DNA of 64,000 nt from Hormiphora californensis (GCA_020137815.1 CM035357.1:7688001-7752000); one strand, 5' to 3'. Counted from the first letter of the stretch, positions 12,001 through 24,333 are shown. Numbers and translations: made by a program. The notes: generated by a model from the letters alone, not told the origin.

Positions 12001-15000
12001 CCTCCTATTAGCGTCGCGTACCTTTAATTAACGTACCTTTAATTAACGAAATTCGGTTTGGGTTAGCAAATTTTGACAAAAAGCACAAATACTGGATTAA
12101 AATGGGGTTAAAATGGTAATTATGTTCCTATTGAGATATCAAGAATAATATTCTTTGCAATTGAGAACGGTTGTGAATTTGAGGCAGTTGTTCATTTCAG
12201 TCACCATTGGTTCATATTCAGGGAGGGTTGGAAATTAAGGTCCTTTTTACTGTAAATGGACAGAACATGGGCTTGCCTCATTACAAACTATAATTACTGA
12301 AAAGTATTGTTTTAAGACCCGTATGGTCGAAAATTTTGAATATCTTCTTAGAGACTAGAGAGATTCAAGATTCTTTGCGATTTGCCCACGAATGACTCTG
12401 ATTCAGATAATGAACTGATATCTCAATTTGAAAATGTTGAAGTTATTGATGCAATGATGAATAGGAAGAGAACTAGAAGTAGAAATGTTAACATTATATT
12501 CGATGACTTGGTTTTGTTTTTTTGCTACCCTAAAAAAGCAATTTTTAATTAAAAGAACATTAATTTAGCGGAACCCTAAATTAACGATACCTAAAATTAA
12601 CGAAATTTTTACTGATTTCGTTAATTAAAGGTTCCGTTATATATCGGTAATAAGGTATATGTTATCATACCTTTAAGAGATAGAGTGTTTGGAGGACAGC
12701 TCTTACAATTTCCTCGCCCTTTGGTGTGCATCCCCACCTTGCAGTAGACACATTTCCCTCCCCTCCTCTCAGAACCAGGAGGGCACAACTGAGAATGTAA
12801 TGGAATTGCAAAGAACGTTTTTAGAGGTCTAGAAACCGGTACAAAAGAGTAGAGAGAGAGAGAGATACAACCAGACAATCTGAACTGCAGACTCACCAAG
12901 CAGTCCAGTTTTTCAGTTTTACGGTTGTTGGAGCACTTTCCTGCGAATATCTCCTTTCCTGTCACAACACTTTTAACTGGAAGTTATTGCTGTTAGATTC
13001 TCTAAACAGAGCTGTCTGGCGGGGTGTGCGGACTCTAGTGCTACACTCTAAGTCTAAAGAGGACTCTATATCTAAATTTAGATTTAGATAAAGAGTCCAA
13101 ATAATTCTAAACTCTAGGAGGACTCTTTATCTAAAAAGTCTACACAGGGCGGACTCTTTATCTAAAAAGTCTAAACAAAGTGGACTCTATATCTACATAA
13201 ATCTAAATTAGATATAGAGTCCGCCTTTCGCCGCGAACTCGAGATTTCGGCCGTTAGGCCGGAAACGAGAGTTTGCTCTACCCCTATACTAATTTAGAAG
13301 TGTTAGGGCCGTTATTTGGGTTCGAGGTTAGGGTTAGGGTTAGTGTTAGGGTTAGGTTTTGGGTTGGGTTAGGATTTTAGACATAGAGTCCGGGTTGGAG
13401 GATTTGGCGCCAAAATGTACTAGAGGACTCTATATCTAAAAATTCTACACAGGGCGGACTCTTTATCTAAAAAGTCTACACAGGGAGGACTCTTTATCTA
13501 AACTTTTTTCAAAATCTAACTGTAGATAAAGAGTCCGTTTTTAGATATAGAGTCCGCCTAGGATTTAGATAAAGAGTCCGTTAGCACTAGAGTCCGCCCA
13601 CCGTCTGGCGGCGCCAAACCCCATTTCAATATCAACGATCAGATGGGGCGCCAGAATTTAGAGAGGTACAAAATGTATTACTTACAGGTTGCACTACTAC
13701 AGGTCCCCACTACAGGATTATAGTCCTCCATCCTGCACACCTCCTTCTCCCTGCACTCCTCTGAACCAGGGGGAGACCACTGCCCCTCCCCACACGGGAC
13801 ACACTTCATGGCAATGGCGTCAGGGACGGTATTAGCTGGACACTCTGTACAAGAGGGTGATCCAGGGTGGGTAGAGATGGATCCAGGTGGGCAGGGGGTA
13901 CACGATGTAGCTGCCTCAACACCTATAACAGGATTAATATTATTATATTTACAATTATCGAGATACCAATAAGGTGGAGTGATCATATTATAGGACTGTT
14001 ACCAATGGTTTTATGTGACAGAAAACAGTAAAGATATAATTCATCAGGTGGGCGGACTCTAGTGCTAACGGACTCTTTATCTAAATCCAAGGCGGACTCT
14101 ATATCTAAAAACGGACTCTTTATCTACAGTTAGATTTTGAAAAAAGTTTAGATAAAGAGTCCTCCCTGTGTAGACTTTTTAGATAAAGAGTCCGCCCTGT
14201 GTAGAATTTTTAGATATAGAGTCCTCTAGTACATTTTGGCGCCAAATCCTCCAACCCGGACTCTATGTCTAAAATCCTAACCCAACCCAAAACCTAACCC
14301 TAACACTAACCCTAACCCTAACCTCGAACCCAAATAACGGCCCTAACACTTCTAAATTAGTATAGGGGTAGAGCAAACTCTCGTTTCCGGCCTAACGGCC
14401 GAAATCTCGAGTTCGCGGCGAAAGGCGGACTCTATATCTAATTTAGATTTATGTAGATATAGAGTCCACTTTGTTTAGACTTTTTAGATAAGGAGTCCGC
14501 CCTGTGTAGACTTTTTAGATATAGAGTCCTCCTAGAGTTTAGACTTATTTGGACTCTTTATCTAAATCTAAATTTAGATATAGAGTCCACTGTAGACTTA
14601 GAGTGTAGCACTACAGTCCGCACACCAATTCATCACACAGCAAACAGTTTGACCCGTGTATTTACCTGTCACGATGACTGTGTTAATGATGACATCAGCG
14701 AAAGGAACATGTTTAGTTGAGAATGGTTCAGGAGACAGGAATGCTGTGGACTTGATTTGTAGCAGGTAGGAGTTCTCCTTGTGCAGATCGAACTGAAAAC
14801 CATGGTGAAGTTAGATTGGACTTGGAATATTCGAAACCAGGGATTGATCACCAGGGACAGTCCGTCATACACATGTTTCATCTTGTCACACTATGTTCTA
14901 ATGTTTGTTTACTTACATGTTACATTCTGTAGCCCAGGAGCAGCTGTAGCATCAATACTAGCATCAGTAGCAGCACCATTGCACCTTTTTAACTAAAGAA

Positions 15001-15723
15001 TATGAAAAATTGTATCAGAGAAATGGGAATTCGACACTTTTCAGTGTCCCTTGTCAGCGCAAAACAGCGGCGCGCTCACTCCCTCCTCCAAGTTTGATCA
15101 GGGTTCGTTTGAGAACAACTTTGTCACCGCGCGTTACTGCAAGTACTATCAGGGTCGGGCTGTCATGGTACATTGGCACTGCATTGATTGTGATAGGACT
15201 TGTGTGTTTTGATGCAGATGATAGTGTGTCAAATATTTGCATTTTTGGATATTTGTCACGATCCACTGGATACCTTGAAGGTTAGTTCCACCCTGGGGTC
15301 TGTAAAGAGGAAGTTAACAGTCACATTTCCAGAGGTAGCAACCTCAATAGGGAGGTTCACATACTGGTAACAGAGATCTGACGGTACCACCAGCCCAACA
15401 TTAGATACAACCCTGTGGGGGGTGGGGATAGTCAAACATTCATCAATTCGTAAATCAGGGGGTGCCATGTAGCTGGGTTTTGTTGTTCCAACCCCGCCCC
15501 TAACTGCACCATGTTTTATAGTTAACCCAAATTCTTGTAGTTGTACCCAGCAACCTGAAAAGTGAAAGCTCTACTGCTCATTTAACAAGTCTTCCTGAAA
15601 TAAGAAACTAGAGTCTACCTAATGATGATGATGATGATGCGCTATGAATAATTGATGAGCTTGTGACGTCACGCTGGGATTGGGATTTTCTGGGAAACCA
15701 ACGTCACAATACCACGTGATTTA

Positions 15724-15782
<59 letters not shown>

Positions 15783-17193
15783 TTTAAAAGTTAATTGAAC
15801 CTCGTGAACAACCCGTGTAGAGGGTATGTGATGGCCAACGTCACTACTTCGTAATAACTTTGAAAAGCGAAGTAGTAGTGAATTTAAAATGAGGCCACTG
15901 GGAGAAACATTTCAGATACTTGTATATTAGGGAGATAAAACCAAATTTGGGTTCTGAATAGGAAATATATCGACCTGGCGTCAAGTGATTCATTGGCCGT
16001 TAATTATCTTTGTCCTTTGATAAAGTAGCAGACGGAGTAGTACACTCAGATCCTGAAACCATCGATTTTATATTCAATACCAGCTATTGTTACACTGTCA
16101 TATTTTGTCATTGAGTCGATAATCTCTTACACACACACCCCGGACACCCCCCAGCCGTGGTTGTAACTTGAGACGGGATCCACGAGGCGAGATTAGGGCC
16201 TTTTACACTGATACACGTCACACATAAAGAGGGGCTGGCGACCAAGCCTATTTACCTTTTGAACATAAAGATTCGTTATTTAGGTACAGGATTGCATTTT
16301 ATCCATTCTTTTTACCTGATTTCTTGGCAGGTCCCAGAGCTACCCTGATCGAGGGTCTCTGAGTTATAGGAAATATCAGGGTAGATCGATCTATCTAGAA
16401 CCTCGTACACTTTCTCTGATCCTGAGGATTGTGTAAAACTAAACCGTTGGCTACATGGGGAAACCATCTCTCTGTGCCTCGCGGGTTGTAATAAAACAAG
16501 GTGCCACCAGTCCATTAACCCTGGTACATTGCAAATCTAATTAACTAAGAAATTATGAGTAATTCGGTGAAAGACTTAGAGAGGGTTGGTGAAAGAAAGG
16601 GTTGTAATCAAAAGTATACCTGAGCTGTATGTTCCACTTTGGCATTTTTCGCATTTTGAAAAATCCTTCAAAAACTGGCCTTTTCCACAAGTCATACCTA
16701 GAAAGAGGGTTTTGAAGTTTTCCAGCAGTAAAAAAGAAAATACAGCGCCAATTAGGCTTGCCTGGCTAGACTGTGTTTCGGGCGCCCCGCACCCTACCTT
16801 TATAAATGTAAAGGGAGGGTTAGAACATAACAAAAATTAGGCTAGGATCAACTAAATGGGAAGATACTCACCGCAACTTGATATTTTGGTTGTTGTGGAA
16901 TTACAATTGGGATCGTCAGAAACCTGAACCTTATATCTGTCCATCGCATCTTCAGTGCATTCAGTGTAGAATGTTTGCTGGGGGGGGGGGGGTGAAATGG
17001 AAAGGTTAATCAATAATTGAAATAATAAACTCAGATTAATAAATAATTAAATTGGAAACTGACTTATCTAACTTACATATGTACATAGGTTGGAAGGTAT
17101 ATCGGGTGTGTCGATTCGAGCTGGTTTATCATCGACACCCTGACCCAATACACGAGCAGAGTGAAGCAGCAACAATAGTAGTGTTACTATCAT
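1..17193 (-). CDS. ELAPOR: ELAPOR/KIAA1324 (UPF0577)-like Cys-rich protein, multi-exon, 3' end beyond the window
   Basis: ATG at 17193 with signal peptide MIVTLLLLLLHSARVLG. Spliced exons give QTFYTECTEDAMDRYKVQV, TCGKGQFL..CEKCQSGTYS, EAATSCTPCPPG..CREKEVCRMEDY (~13685-13922), CPPGSERRGGKCVYC (12671-12788), CQAC..CTACAPG, CVACP..CETCP and YDMSPL..FHFRYRMKLCG, matching the ELAPOR layout. Intron 1082-12670 is 11.6 kb. Apparent 1-bp frameshift near 335. Confidence 0.82.
1206..3397. mobile_element. Non-autonomous modular element with serial inverted-repeat pairs and a hairpin cluster (Crypton-like by inference)
   Basis: IR pair 1206-1226/2364-2384 (20/21 match) abuts a ~115-bp IR pair 2386-2499/3284-3397; inner IRs near 2504/2990 and 2990/3190; GC hairpins 3045-3155; no clear TSD. 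Confidence 0.6.
1745..2070. repeat. G-rich ~65-70 bp tandem repeat
   Basis: About four units of ggggtggcagggggtgatactgg..aagtgggacctgt..gggaggtgggggacctgcaa. Confidence 0.85.
3321..4337 (-). CDS. Intronless rhodopsin-like (class A) GPCR nested in the ELAPOR intron
   Basis: ATG at 4337 (MNGT, N-glycosylation site), seven hydrophobic segments, GNxLV, NLALAD, DRY-equivalent AYR, NPFLY; C-terminus runs into a transposon IR. Confidence 0.9.
   Translation of the reverse strand: MNGTTEIYGSPAQSIPLAIYSFIAAFFGLTGNGLVLYSSIRYDAIQMDEVSVEFLRNLALADILYTVCVSLPQFVTFASRRWVMGPVYCIIQGEIGLILGSVNTLTVFAISAYRLKVVISPFHHISLRTARILIGFIWLLALTPIAVVEVYQLEITFVPYIARCILNDFYQHDDARFFMILIVVIVFLPLFGIIATNFVLLGVALRLTSSRNNGPSRGINFKAILVILALSGLFMASWGPYLVYTFVMLKIDKVPHHFVLAAFHLLLLNAFGNPFLYTLTNKRFGRYVYSLLCGMLRKWRMTCPKVVEAVPSVIEATTKRCAVAPYHCCHGDERGFTG
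4750..5914. repeat. Unclassified repeat-like region, probably a non-autonomous transposon
   Basis: Recurrent internal motifs (ttatgactgtctta; cacgttcaaaattt..gcaaatc..agttacggtttt); no credible ORF; boundaries approximate. Confidence 0.4.
5915..6350. mobile_element. MITE with ~120-bp TIRs
   Basis: ctagatccaaaaacc..catgat (5915-6036) inverted at 6228-6350; flanked by TA. Confidence 0.85.
6458..6590. repeat. 13-bp pyrimidine-rich minisatellite
   Basis: Units tc(a/c)tccctctcta. Confidence 0.85.
6684..7354 (+). pseudogene. Small secreted protein with putative galactose-binding-like domain; frameshifted (pseudogene or consensus error)
   Basis: Exon 1 6684-6741 (MFYLLICGPIGNLAIGALL), GT-AG intron 6742-6859, exon 2 in frame (..LDGLYHIHRVTIYYIFYTDWW..WC), frame change near 7120, then NWNACK..CGTLQISSGLTQRDQIYIFLCHSKGDAVRL. 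Confidence 0.65.
7411..10758 (-). mobile_element. 5'-truncated RTE-type non-LTR retrotransposon (RT domain), interrupted by a palindromic element
   Basis: RT motifs PVPKKG, NYRGISL, QNGFR, FLDFVKAFDS, GVLQG, FADD, FKYLGS and RTE-like tail RLRLAGH..RRGRP; short (caagt)-type 3' tail; 12-bp TSD gaagatgaaacc at 7399-7410 and 10759-10770. Confidence 0.93.
9051..10391. mobile_element. Palindromic non-autonomous DNA transposon (Chapaev/CMC-like ends)
   Basis: ~655-bp arms around a ~30-bp spacer centred at 9721; ends CACGG..CCGTG; 4-bp TSD gctg. Confidence 0.9.
10920..11976. mobile_element. Modular IR/hairpin element (Crypton-like by inference)
   Basis: IRs 10923-10936/11357-11370 abut IRs 11371-11389/11958-11976; hairpins 11405-11512; repeated atagacgc motif. 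Confidence 0.55.
11513..11932. mobile_element. hAT-type palindromic MITE
   Basis: TAGGGTTATC..GATAACCCTA ends, long imperfect internal IR, 8-bp TSD gcgtctat (11505-11512, 11933-11940). Confidence 0.85.
11975..12658. mobile_element. Tc1/pogo-like MITE
   Basis: 29-bp TIR taccttattaccg(c/a)tatataacggaacct; subterminal aattaacg repeats. Confidence 0.75.
13023..13602 (+). mobile_element. Mutator-type MITE, copy 1
   Basis: GGTG(T/G)GCGGACT TIRs, repeated ggactct(a/t)tatcta motifs, central ggttag tract, 9-bp TSD gtctggcgg. Confidence 0.9.
14047..14626 (-). mobile_element. Mutator-type MITE, copy 2 (inverted relative to copy 1)
   Basis: Near-identical reverse complement of 13023-13602 with its own 9-bp TSD aattcatca. 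Confidence 0.9.
15727..15779. repeat. (GA)n microsatellite
   Basis: Direct read. Confidence 0.95.
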
Positions 17194-17516
17194 CACTAAT
17201 GTAGTTGTTGAGTAAGGGGTTACAAGGAGGACCTAAGTGTGAAAATTGTTTGTAATCGGTAAACAATTCAACAAATTAGACATCGTCGTCACCAATGACC
17301 AAGTGCAGGGGTGGATCTACCGGCGGGGTGTGGTGAAATGGGGGTCCACACTGCACACCCCTGACCCCACTTCCCTGAAAACGACACCTCTGTCCGCACT
17401 TGTTGAGAATTGCAGTTTGCACTCCACTTTATTAGCAAAAAATGCCTGAAAACTCCTAAAAGTATCTCGGCAAGCATTTCATTCTTTTGTTTCTGAAAAA
17501 TCAAATCAATTTACAA

Positions 17517-18083
17517 TCATACTACTTACTAAGCAAATTGTGTGACACATGTCACCTAGCAACTACACTTGCACGTGCAATTATTAGAGGGACTTGGAGA
17601 TCTCTCTCCCGGTTGCAGTTGGGTACCAAGGGGAAATTCAATTCTGCACGTGCATTCTTTTACTTCTGTCCTGATGTCTAGCTCTTCCACCCTAAGCGCT
17701 ATTCAGCAACGTTTATCTAGGTCTGCAGCTGTGAACTGCTGCTGTCAGGGAGCAGGCTAGAGAATATGACAGATTACGCCAACGTGTTCAAGCGAGCTAA
17801 TCAACGACTACTGATAGCTTTACCCAACGTCGCCCAACGGCGATTACTCAAGTCGAATATAGAAATCTCCGAATCGGCTACATAGCGGCCAAGTTTTCAC
17901 GTGATGAGTTTCTGGAACAGTATTGCACCTCCCTTGATCTCTTAAATTCGCACCTTGACATTGTCAGGAAGCCCAGAGCGTACACCAACATGGGTAGGGA
18001 CGAATGGTGCAGGTGATGTCAGCGTTCCCTAATCCAGCTACCATTTCCCCGAAATTCGCCCGTAGGGCGAACGGGCCTACTAG
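17517..18083 (+). mobile_element. Non-autonomous Helitron
   Basis: Begins TC after an A; ends with hairpin ttcgcccgtagggcgaa then CTAG before a T; 5' boundary less certain. Confidence 0.7.
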
Positions 18084-18388
18084 TTGTTTCTATTGAAATA
18101 GAAGAACACTCCAATGGTTATACTTCAATCGATAAGTTAATCTCACTCTAATGTTTGACTTTTCATATGCTAATCACTTTAGTCTTTAATGAATTCACTT
18201 TCAGACCACTTAATAATTCGCTGATCACAGTGTGCTAAAGTCGATTTTTTATTTAAGCGACAGGCCGCCGCGCATTAAAATGCAGCGCTTGAAATCGATT
18301 TCCGGTTCCTGATAAGCTAGCGACTTTTTCTTGATGCCATTGGAAAGATAAAATTTTTATCTTTCCAACGCAACCAGGATCAAGTCTT

Positions 18389-19109
18389 TGGCATACGTTG
18401 CAGGCCCCTTATAATATAGATATAAGGGGCCTGGAGGGAATACCGCGCTAGGGGGGAATACATAATCAATCATATCTCCGGTTCCAGATAAGGTACAGAA
18501 ATCGTTTTGGTAGCGTTGGAAAGAGGAAGATAACAGCTTTCAAATGCAACCGGTTTCAGGTCTCTATCTTATCAGGAACAGGAGATATGAACCAAACTCC
18601 GCAAAATCGAGTGCGGTAAAATCAAAATTTGAATGAAATTTAAAAAAAGGTGTCCCTGCAAGAATCTGTGACGTCACTTTTTGAAAACAACCCATCTTTC
18701 AAAGGCTATTGCTCAGCCTCCTTAAGTCCAATTAACTTCTCTCAAAAACAGCAAGGTAGATAATCGTCAGATCTATACTCCATTTTTTTTCAACTGTTCA
18801 CCCCCCAAAGTCGTGCGCGGAATTGTTTTGCGTGTCTATCACATGTTAACGTGTAGCGCGCGCAGCGTAAATTAAAATATCGCACGCGCACGAGTTGGAG
18901 GGTGAACAGTTGAATAAAAATGGACTTTAACAACTGGTGAAAGAATCAAGTCAAACGGACTTCAGGAGCCAAAGTTATAAGCACCGCCGTTTTTTCGACC
19001 GCAAAGTTATCTTCGACCCAGCCGGGATCGGGCCAAACGCGCGCGCGGCATTCCCTCCAGTCCCCTCGTTGCGGGGGTGCGCGCATGAGGGGGCTGCAGC
19101 GCATTCCAA
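18389..19109 (+). mobile_element. TGGCA..CAA family element with 10-bp TSD
   Basis: TSD atcaagtctt at 18379-18388 and 19110-19119; carries a nested ~155-bp palindromic insert at ~18775-18929. Confidence 0.85.
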
Positions 19110-19320
19110 ATCAAGTCTTTAAAGTCCATTTTAATTAATTTATCCTGTTTTTTTCATTTTTACAAACATCCTAAATGGAAAGGGTGGCTTTCACATCGGT
19201 AAGCGGTAAATGTTAGGCCCTAACTTGGTATAGGGCGTTCTGGTACATTTAATATGGTAAACCTCAACCCAACCCAATCGACAACCGGCCTAACAGAGGT
19301 CAGGGACATACAAAAGATAG

Positions 19321-19498
<178 letters not shown>

Positions 19499-20051
19499 GT
19501 CATTGGTCAAGCACGAGATCAAGCACGAGGTCGAGCACGAGGTCGAGCACAAGGTCAGCACAAGGTCTGGACACGGTCGTGGAGAAGGTCTGCGATGAAA
19601 TGAACAGATTCCAGACATTTTAATCTATTTTTCAAACTCGCGCGGCTCATCAATGTGACTTACCTGATTTTGATTTGCGCGTGACTGTGCACTACCTGTG
19701 TTCTCGACCTGTGCACTACCTGAACATTTCCGAGTATGCTCATTCAACTGTTCACCCCTCAACTCGTGCGTGTGCGATATTTTAATTTACGCTGCGCGCG
19801 CTACACGTTAACATGTGATAAACGCGCAAAACAATTCCGCGCACGACTTTGGGGGGTGAACAGTTGAAAAAAAATGGAGTATATCTTATCAGGAACCTGA
19901 GATATGACCAATTAACCAATTGAGTGCACGGCGGCCTGTCGCTTAAATAAAAAATTCGAATTTAAGTGGGGTGAGATACTAAATTGAGGGGGTACCGGGT
20001 AAACACTAAACATTTCAAAAAAGGACTTTGGCATACGTTGCAGGCCCCTTA

Positions 20052-20889
20052 TCTATATTATAAAGTACAAATGAACGTCGTGAGGAGGAGTATGTCCTAT
20101 CATCACGTGCAAATAGAGGGGGTTGCCCTGGGAGGTGGCTTGGGAGGGGTATTGGAGGTTTTGGGGGATACTGCACGTGCATGTTATTGGTTGTTTGTTG
20201 CGTGTTCCTGTGTGGTGTTTTGGGATCTCTGCTGGAGCCGCCATGATTGCCAAAGCCTTTCTACCTACGTACCCTGTTGATTCTCTACACAGCTACAATT
20301 CTACGGATGTTTATCACCTGATTCTACATGTTATTCAGCGGGATTTCCCTTGATGTTTATCACCAGCGCTTTACAAGTGAGGGGGGGGGGCATAGAGACG
20401 GGTGGGGGGGGGGCTGTTGTAGGATCTCAATGGGCTTTCTAGTCCTTATTATAATAAGCAAATGAACGTCGTGATGATGGTGACCTATCCACACGTGCAA
20501 ATAGAGGGGGTTGCCAAGGAGGTGGCTTTGGATGGGTATGGGAGGGGGATACTGCACGTGCATGTTGTTTGTTGTTTATTGCGTGTTCCTGTGTGGTGTT
20601 TCGTGGTGTTTTGGGATCTACTGCTGGGGCCGCCATGATTGCCAAAGCCTTTCTACCTACGTACCCCGTTGATTCTCTACACAGCTACAATTCTACGGAT
20701 CATTATCACCTGATTCTACATGTCAATCGGCGGGATTTCCCTTGATGTTTATCACCAGCGCTCTACCACTCTACCAACCTCCGCATTCTTTACCCCGACA
20801 TGGAGAGATGAAGAGTAAGAGGGGGGGGAGAGAGACATAGAGACGGGTGGGGGGGGGGCTGTTGTAGGACTTGACAATGGGCTTTCTAG
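20052..20889 (+). mobile_element. Head-to-tail Helitron dimer
   Basis: Units 20052-20442 and 20443-20889 each start TC and end CTAG; inserted between A and T; empty site matches 18405-18420. Confidence 0.75.
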
Positions 20890-20899
20890 TAATATAATA

Positions 20900-22102
20900 C
20901 AGGGTGTCCCACTGTCTTTGCATCACCTGTGATTTTGGGTCATGACCGGGCTCCATTAAACTAACCAAAACTCATCGAAAAATTGGTCAAAATGGTTCTA
21001 ACAAAAACCAGTGTTCTAGAGAATTGTCTGGCGAACATTTTGGTGGCAAGATTGACGTTCCAAGTCTTACCAATCGTCAGATATATCGTCGTAAAGTCAA
21101 AAATACATGTTCATGAAATCCGACCGGGGTTCACGTTTTGAAAAATTCACAAATGCAAAGTTGCTCGGATCACATTGCATCCCTCATAAGAGTTGTAGGA
21201 AATTGTCTGGCGGTGATTTTGGTACCCGGGTTTTTATCCTAGCTCAATGTTTAGAGTGTCTTATGACTGTCTAAAGACGAAATTCAACCAGCATTTTTGA
21301 GGGGATCACGTGTCATCAACAAATGGGTAAAATGAATTGAAATTTACAAGAGCTTCATTGGAATCGTCTAAGGTTCATTTTGATACCATGATTTTTTCCA
21401 TAGCTCTATGTTTTAGTTGCGTTATGACTGTAGGAACATGAAAATTGTTCTATGCTGAGTCTTAGTTGGTATCGGCTCACAACCCCTAATTAGGTGGCTC
21501 GGTGTCGTGTGTAATCCCATGATAATCAGCACATATCGTCTCAATTTCATCTAGACACTTGACAGGGTTGTTATGACGATTTGGCAAGGCCCCTGTTAAT
21601 GTGTAGGATACGCAAGTGGTCTATCTCAACCCTATCATGCACTAACATGTTATTCAAGCAGCAATGAGCTTCATAACAGGGCAAAATGCAATGCGATACC
21701 TAAGACCAATTTTGGAAAAACTCCAGTTCTGACAGTCATAAGACACTCTAAACATTGAGCTAGGACAAAAACCCGGGTACCAAAATCACCGCCAGACAAT
21801 TTCCTACAACTCTTATGAGGGATGCAATGTGATCCGAGCAACTTTGCATTTGTGAATTTTTCAAAACGTGAACCCCGGTCGGATTTCATGAACATGTATT
21901 TTTGACTTTACGACGATATATCTGACGATTGGTAAGACTTGGAACGTCAATCTTGCCACCAAAATGTTCGCCAGACAATTCTCTAGAACACTGGTTTTTG
22001 TTAGAACCATTTTGACCAATTTTTCGATGAGTTTTGGTTAGTTTAATGGAGCCCGGTCATGACCCAAAATCACAGGTGATGCAAAGACAGTGGGACACCC
22101 TG
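20900..22102. mobile_element. Tc1/mariner-type MITE with ~370-bp TIRs
   Basis: TA|CAGGGTGTCCC..GGGACACCCTG|TA; arms ~20900-21271 and ~21731-22102. Confidence 0.92.
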
Positions 22103-22669
22103 TATAAGGGGCCTGGAGGGAATACCGCGCTAGGGGGGAATACATAATCAATCATACCTCCGGTTCCAGATAAGGTACAGAAATCGTTTTGGTAGCGTTG
22201 GAAACAGGAAGATAACAGCTTTCAAATGCAACCGGTTTCAGGTCTCTATCTTATCAGGAACAGGAGATATGAACCAAACTCCGCAAAATCGAGTGCGGTA
22301 AAATAAAAAAATTCGAGATTTTAATTCAAATTTGAAACAAAGTGTCCCTGCAAGAATCTGTGACGTCACTTTTTGAAAACAACCCATCTTTGAACGGTTA
22401 TTGCTCAGCCTCCTGAAGTCCAATTTACTTCTCTCAAAAACAGCAAGGTAGATAATTGTCAGATCTAACAGCTAGTGAAAGAATCAAGTCAAACGGACTT
22501 CAGGGGCCAAAGTTATAAGCACCGCCGTTTTTTCGCTCGCAAAGTTATCTTCGACCCAGCCGGGCCCGTCCTGAGCTCAGGCCAAACGCGCGCGCGGCAT
22601 TCCCTTCAGTCCCCTCGTTGCGGGGGTGCGCGAATGAGGGGGCTGCAGCGCATTCCAAAAAAGGACTTT

Positions 22670-23530
22670 AAAATTTCGAAAAATCAAAAAAGGACTTAAA
22701 AATTTCCAAAAAAGGACTTTAAAATTTCAAAAACTTTTAAAATTTCAATTTTCAATCGCGCGCAATGATACGCGCAAAACTGATCACGCGCACATTGTTT
22801 TTCGATTTGGGCACTTGTCGCCAAATACTTCGAAAGAGAGACAGTCTCCCGGGCAATTCGGGAAGATCTACGGGGACTTGTACGTTCCGAAAACCGCCTG
22901 TCTGGGCGTCTGGCGGTACCAAGCTGATCTGAGCGTGATAGGATACTATAGGTAGCATTTTGTTTGGCCACATTGATGCCTGAGTGAGATCGAGGTCGCG
23001 CAGCGACCGAGATCGATCTCACATCTAGGCCTCCGGCGCGTTATTGATTTTAGAGCAAACTTTTTCAAAGACCTGGCTGCAAGGAACTACTGAACCGATT
23101 TGCATCTCGTTTGTTGCTCCTGGCAGACAATTGTCTCTAGTTTCACGGAAAATACCCGCGAGTATCAGCATTTGAGGAATAGTGGGTCAAAATTGACGCT
23201 AAACATGAGCAATTCTTTAAAGACCTGGCTGCAAGCTCCTACTCGGTCCTGGGACAATCTGCGGGTACTGGGGGAATCGTAATGGCCTTGTGAGTATGGG
23301 AAAATACCCGCCGATTCATCACGATGCGAAATGAGGCCATAATTGACCTTTGAGTAGTGCTAGGTCAGCTAAAAAGGTCTCCAAAAACGGTCTATCACGC
23401 GCGATCTGCTGAAAACGTGCTTTATATCGCGCGCACGTGAGTTCTTGCTCTCAACGGGCCGGGATCCTATTATTCGCGGAGCGAGAATAGGATGCGATGG
23501 ATCCAAGCATTTTGTATTATCATCCCAATT
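22670..23530. repeat. Unclassified repeat, possibly Helentron-like
   Basis: Internal direct repeats (aaagacctggctgcaag) and a hairpin cctattattcgcggagcgagaatagg near the right end; boundaries approximate. Confidence 0.35.
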
Positions 23531-24333
23531 TTATTTTTATGTACAGTGCAGTTTACTCAAGGATCCCGGAACACCTGTGTCCTGAACCATGAAATGAATG
23601 CTTGATGTGGCCTTTGCTCAAATCAGACATTGAATCTCATTTTTTTTCGAGTACAAATTCATACGACAAATTGGTTGGAAAATTGGAAAACAATTATTTT
23701 TTACCTACTACAGTTTACACATTCAAAAACCTCCGCCAGTAATTCGTAGTTGACTATTAGTAGAGCTAAATACAGACAATGATTGAGTAAGGGGTTTGGT
23801 ATAGATGAATGATCGAGTAGAATCATGTTTAATTCTGAAACTACCCAGGTACTTTTTGTAAGTTAGTACCTGAGGCCTGATGGTTACATACAGTACTTGA
23901 ACTTTCCCGGCGTGTACAATAATACAAACTATCTCTCACTCGCCCCCATCCCTAACTAAACGTAGCGCGCGCGATAACATGACACTGAGAGAGACAGCGC
24001 AGGAGGATAGAAGAAAGAGGGGATATCATACCCAAAGGGTGATTCAACTCATATTTGTACACGGTCTGCACTGCATCACCTTACAGCTGCATGAAACTGA
24101 AACTCAACGCAACAACTCACTTTGTTCACTCAACAACTAGATTTTACAAACAATTCACAGTTTATCTTTTCGCATTTCTAATTCTTTACACTTTAAAATG
24201 TTATATTATATCAAAATCGTGTTTTGTTCAAACCCTTTTTCGAACAAGGCAATCAAAATCCCATGTTAAATTTTTATATTTGTTAAACTTTTATATTTAC
24301 TCTACAACCGCCCATCCTATCACAGTTTGTAAG

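Larger units (their letters stand above)
20029..22658 (+). mobile_element. TGGCA..CAA family element with 10-bp TSD and nested insertions
   Basis: TSD aaaaggactt at 20019-20028 and 22659-22668; body 22104-22658 matches 18423-19109. Confidence 0.85.

Noticed and set aside
13325-13375. TTAGGG-like tract suggesting an interstitial telomere
   Set aside because: Short, degenerate and internal to a MITE present twice.
13023-13602. Regularly spaced ggactct(a/t)tatcta repeats resembling a CRISPR array
   Set aside because: Eukaryotic context, spacers not unique, no cas genes; these are MITE subterminal repeats.
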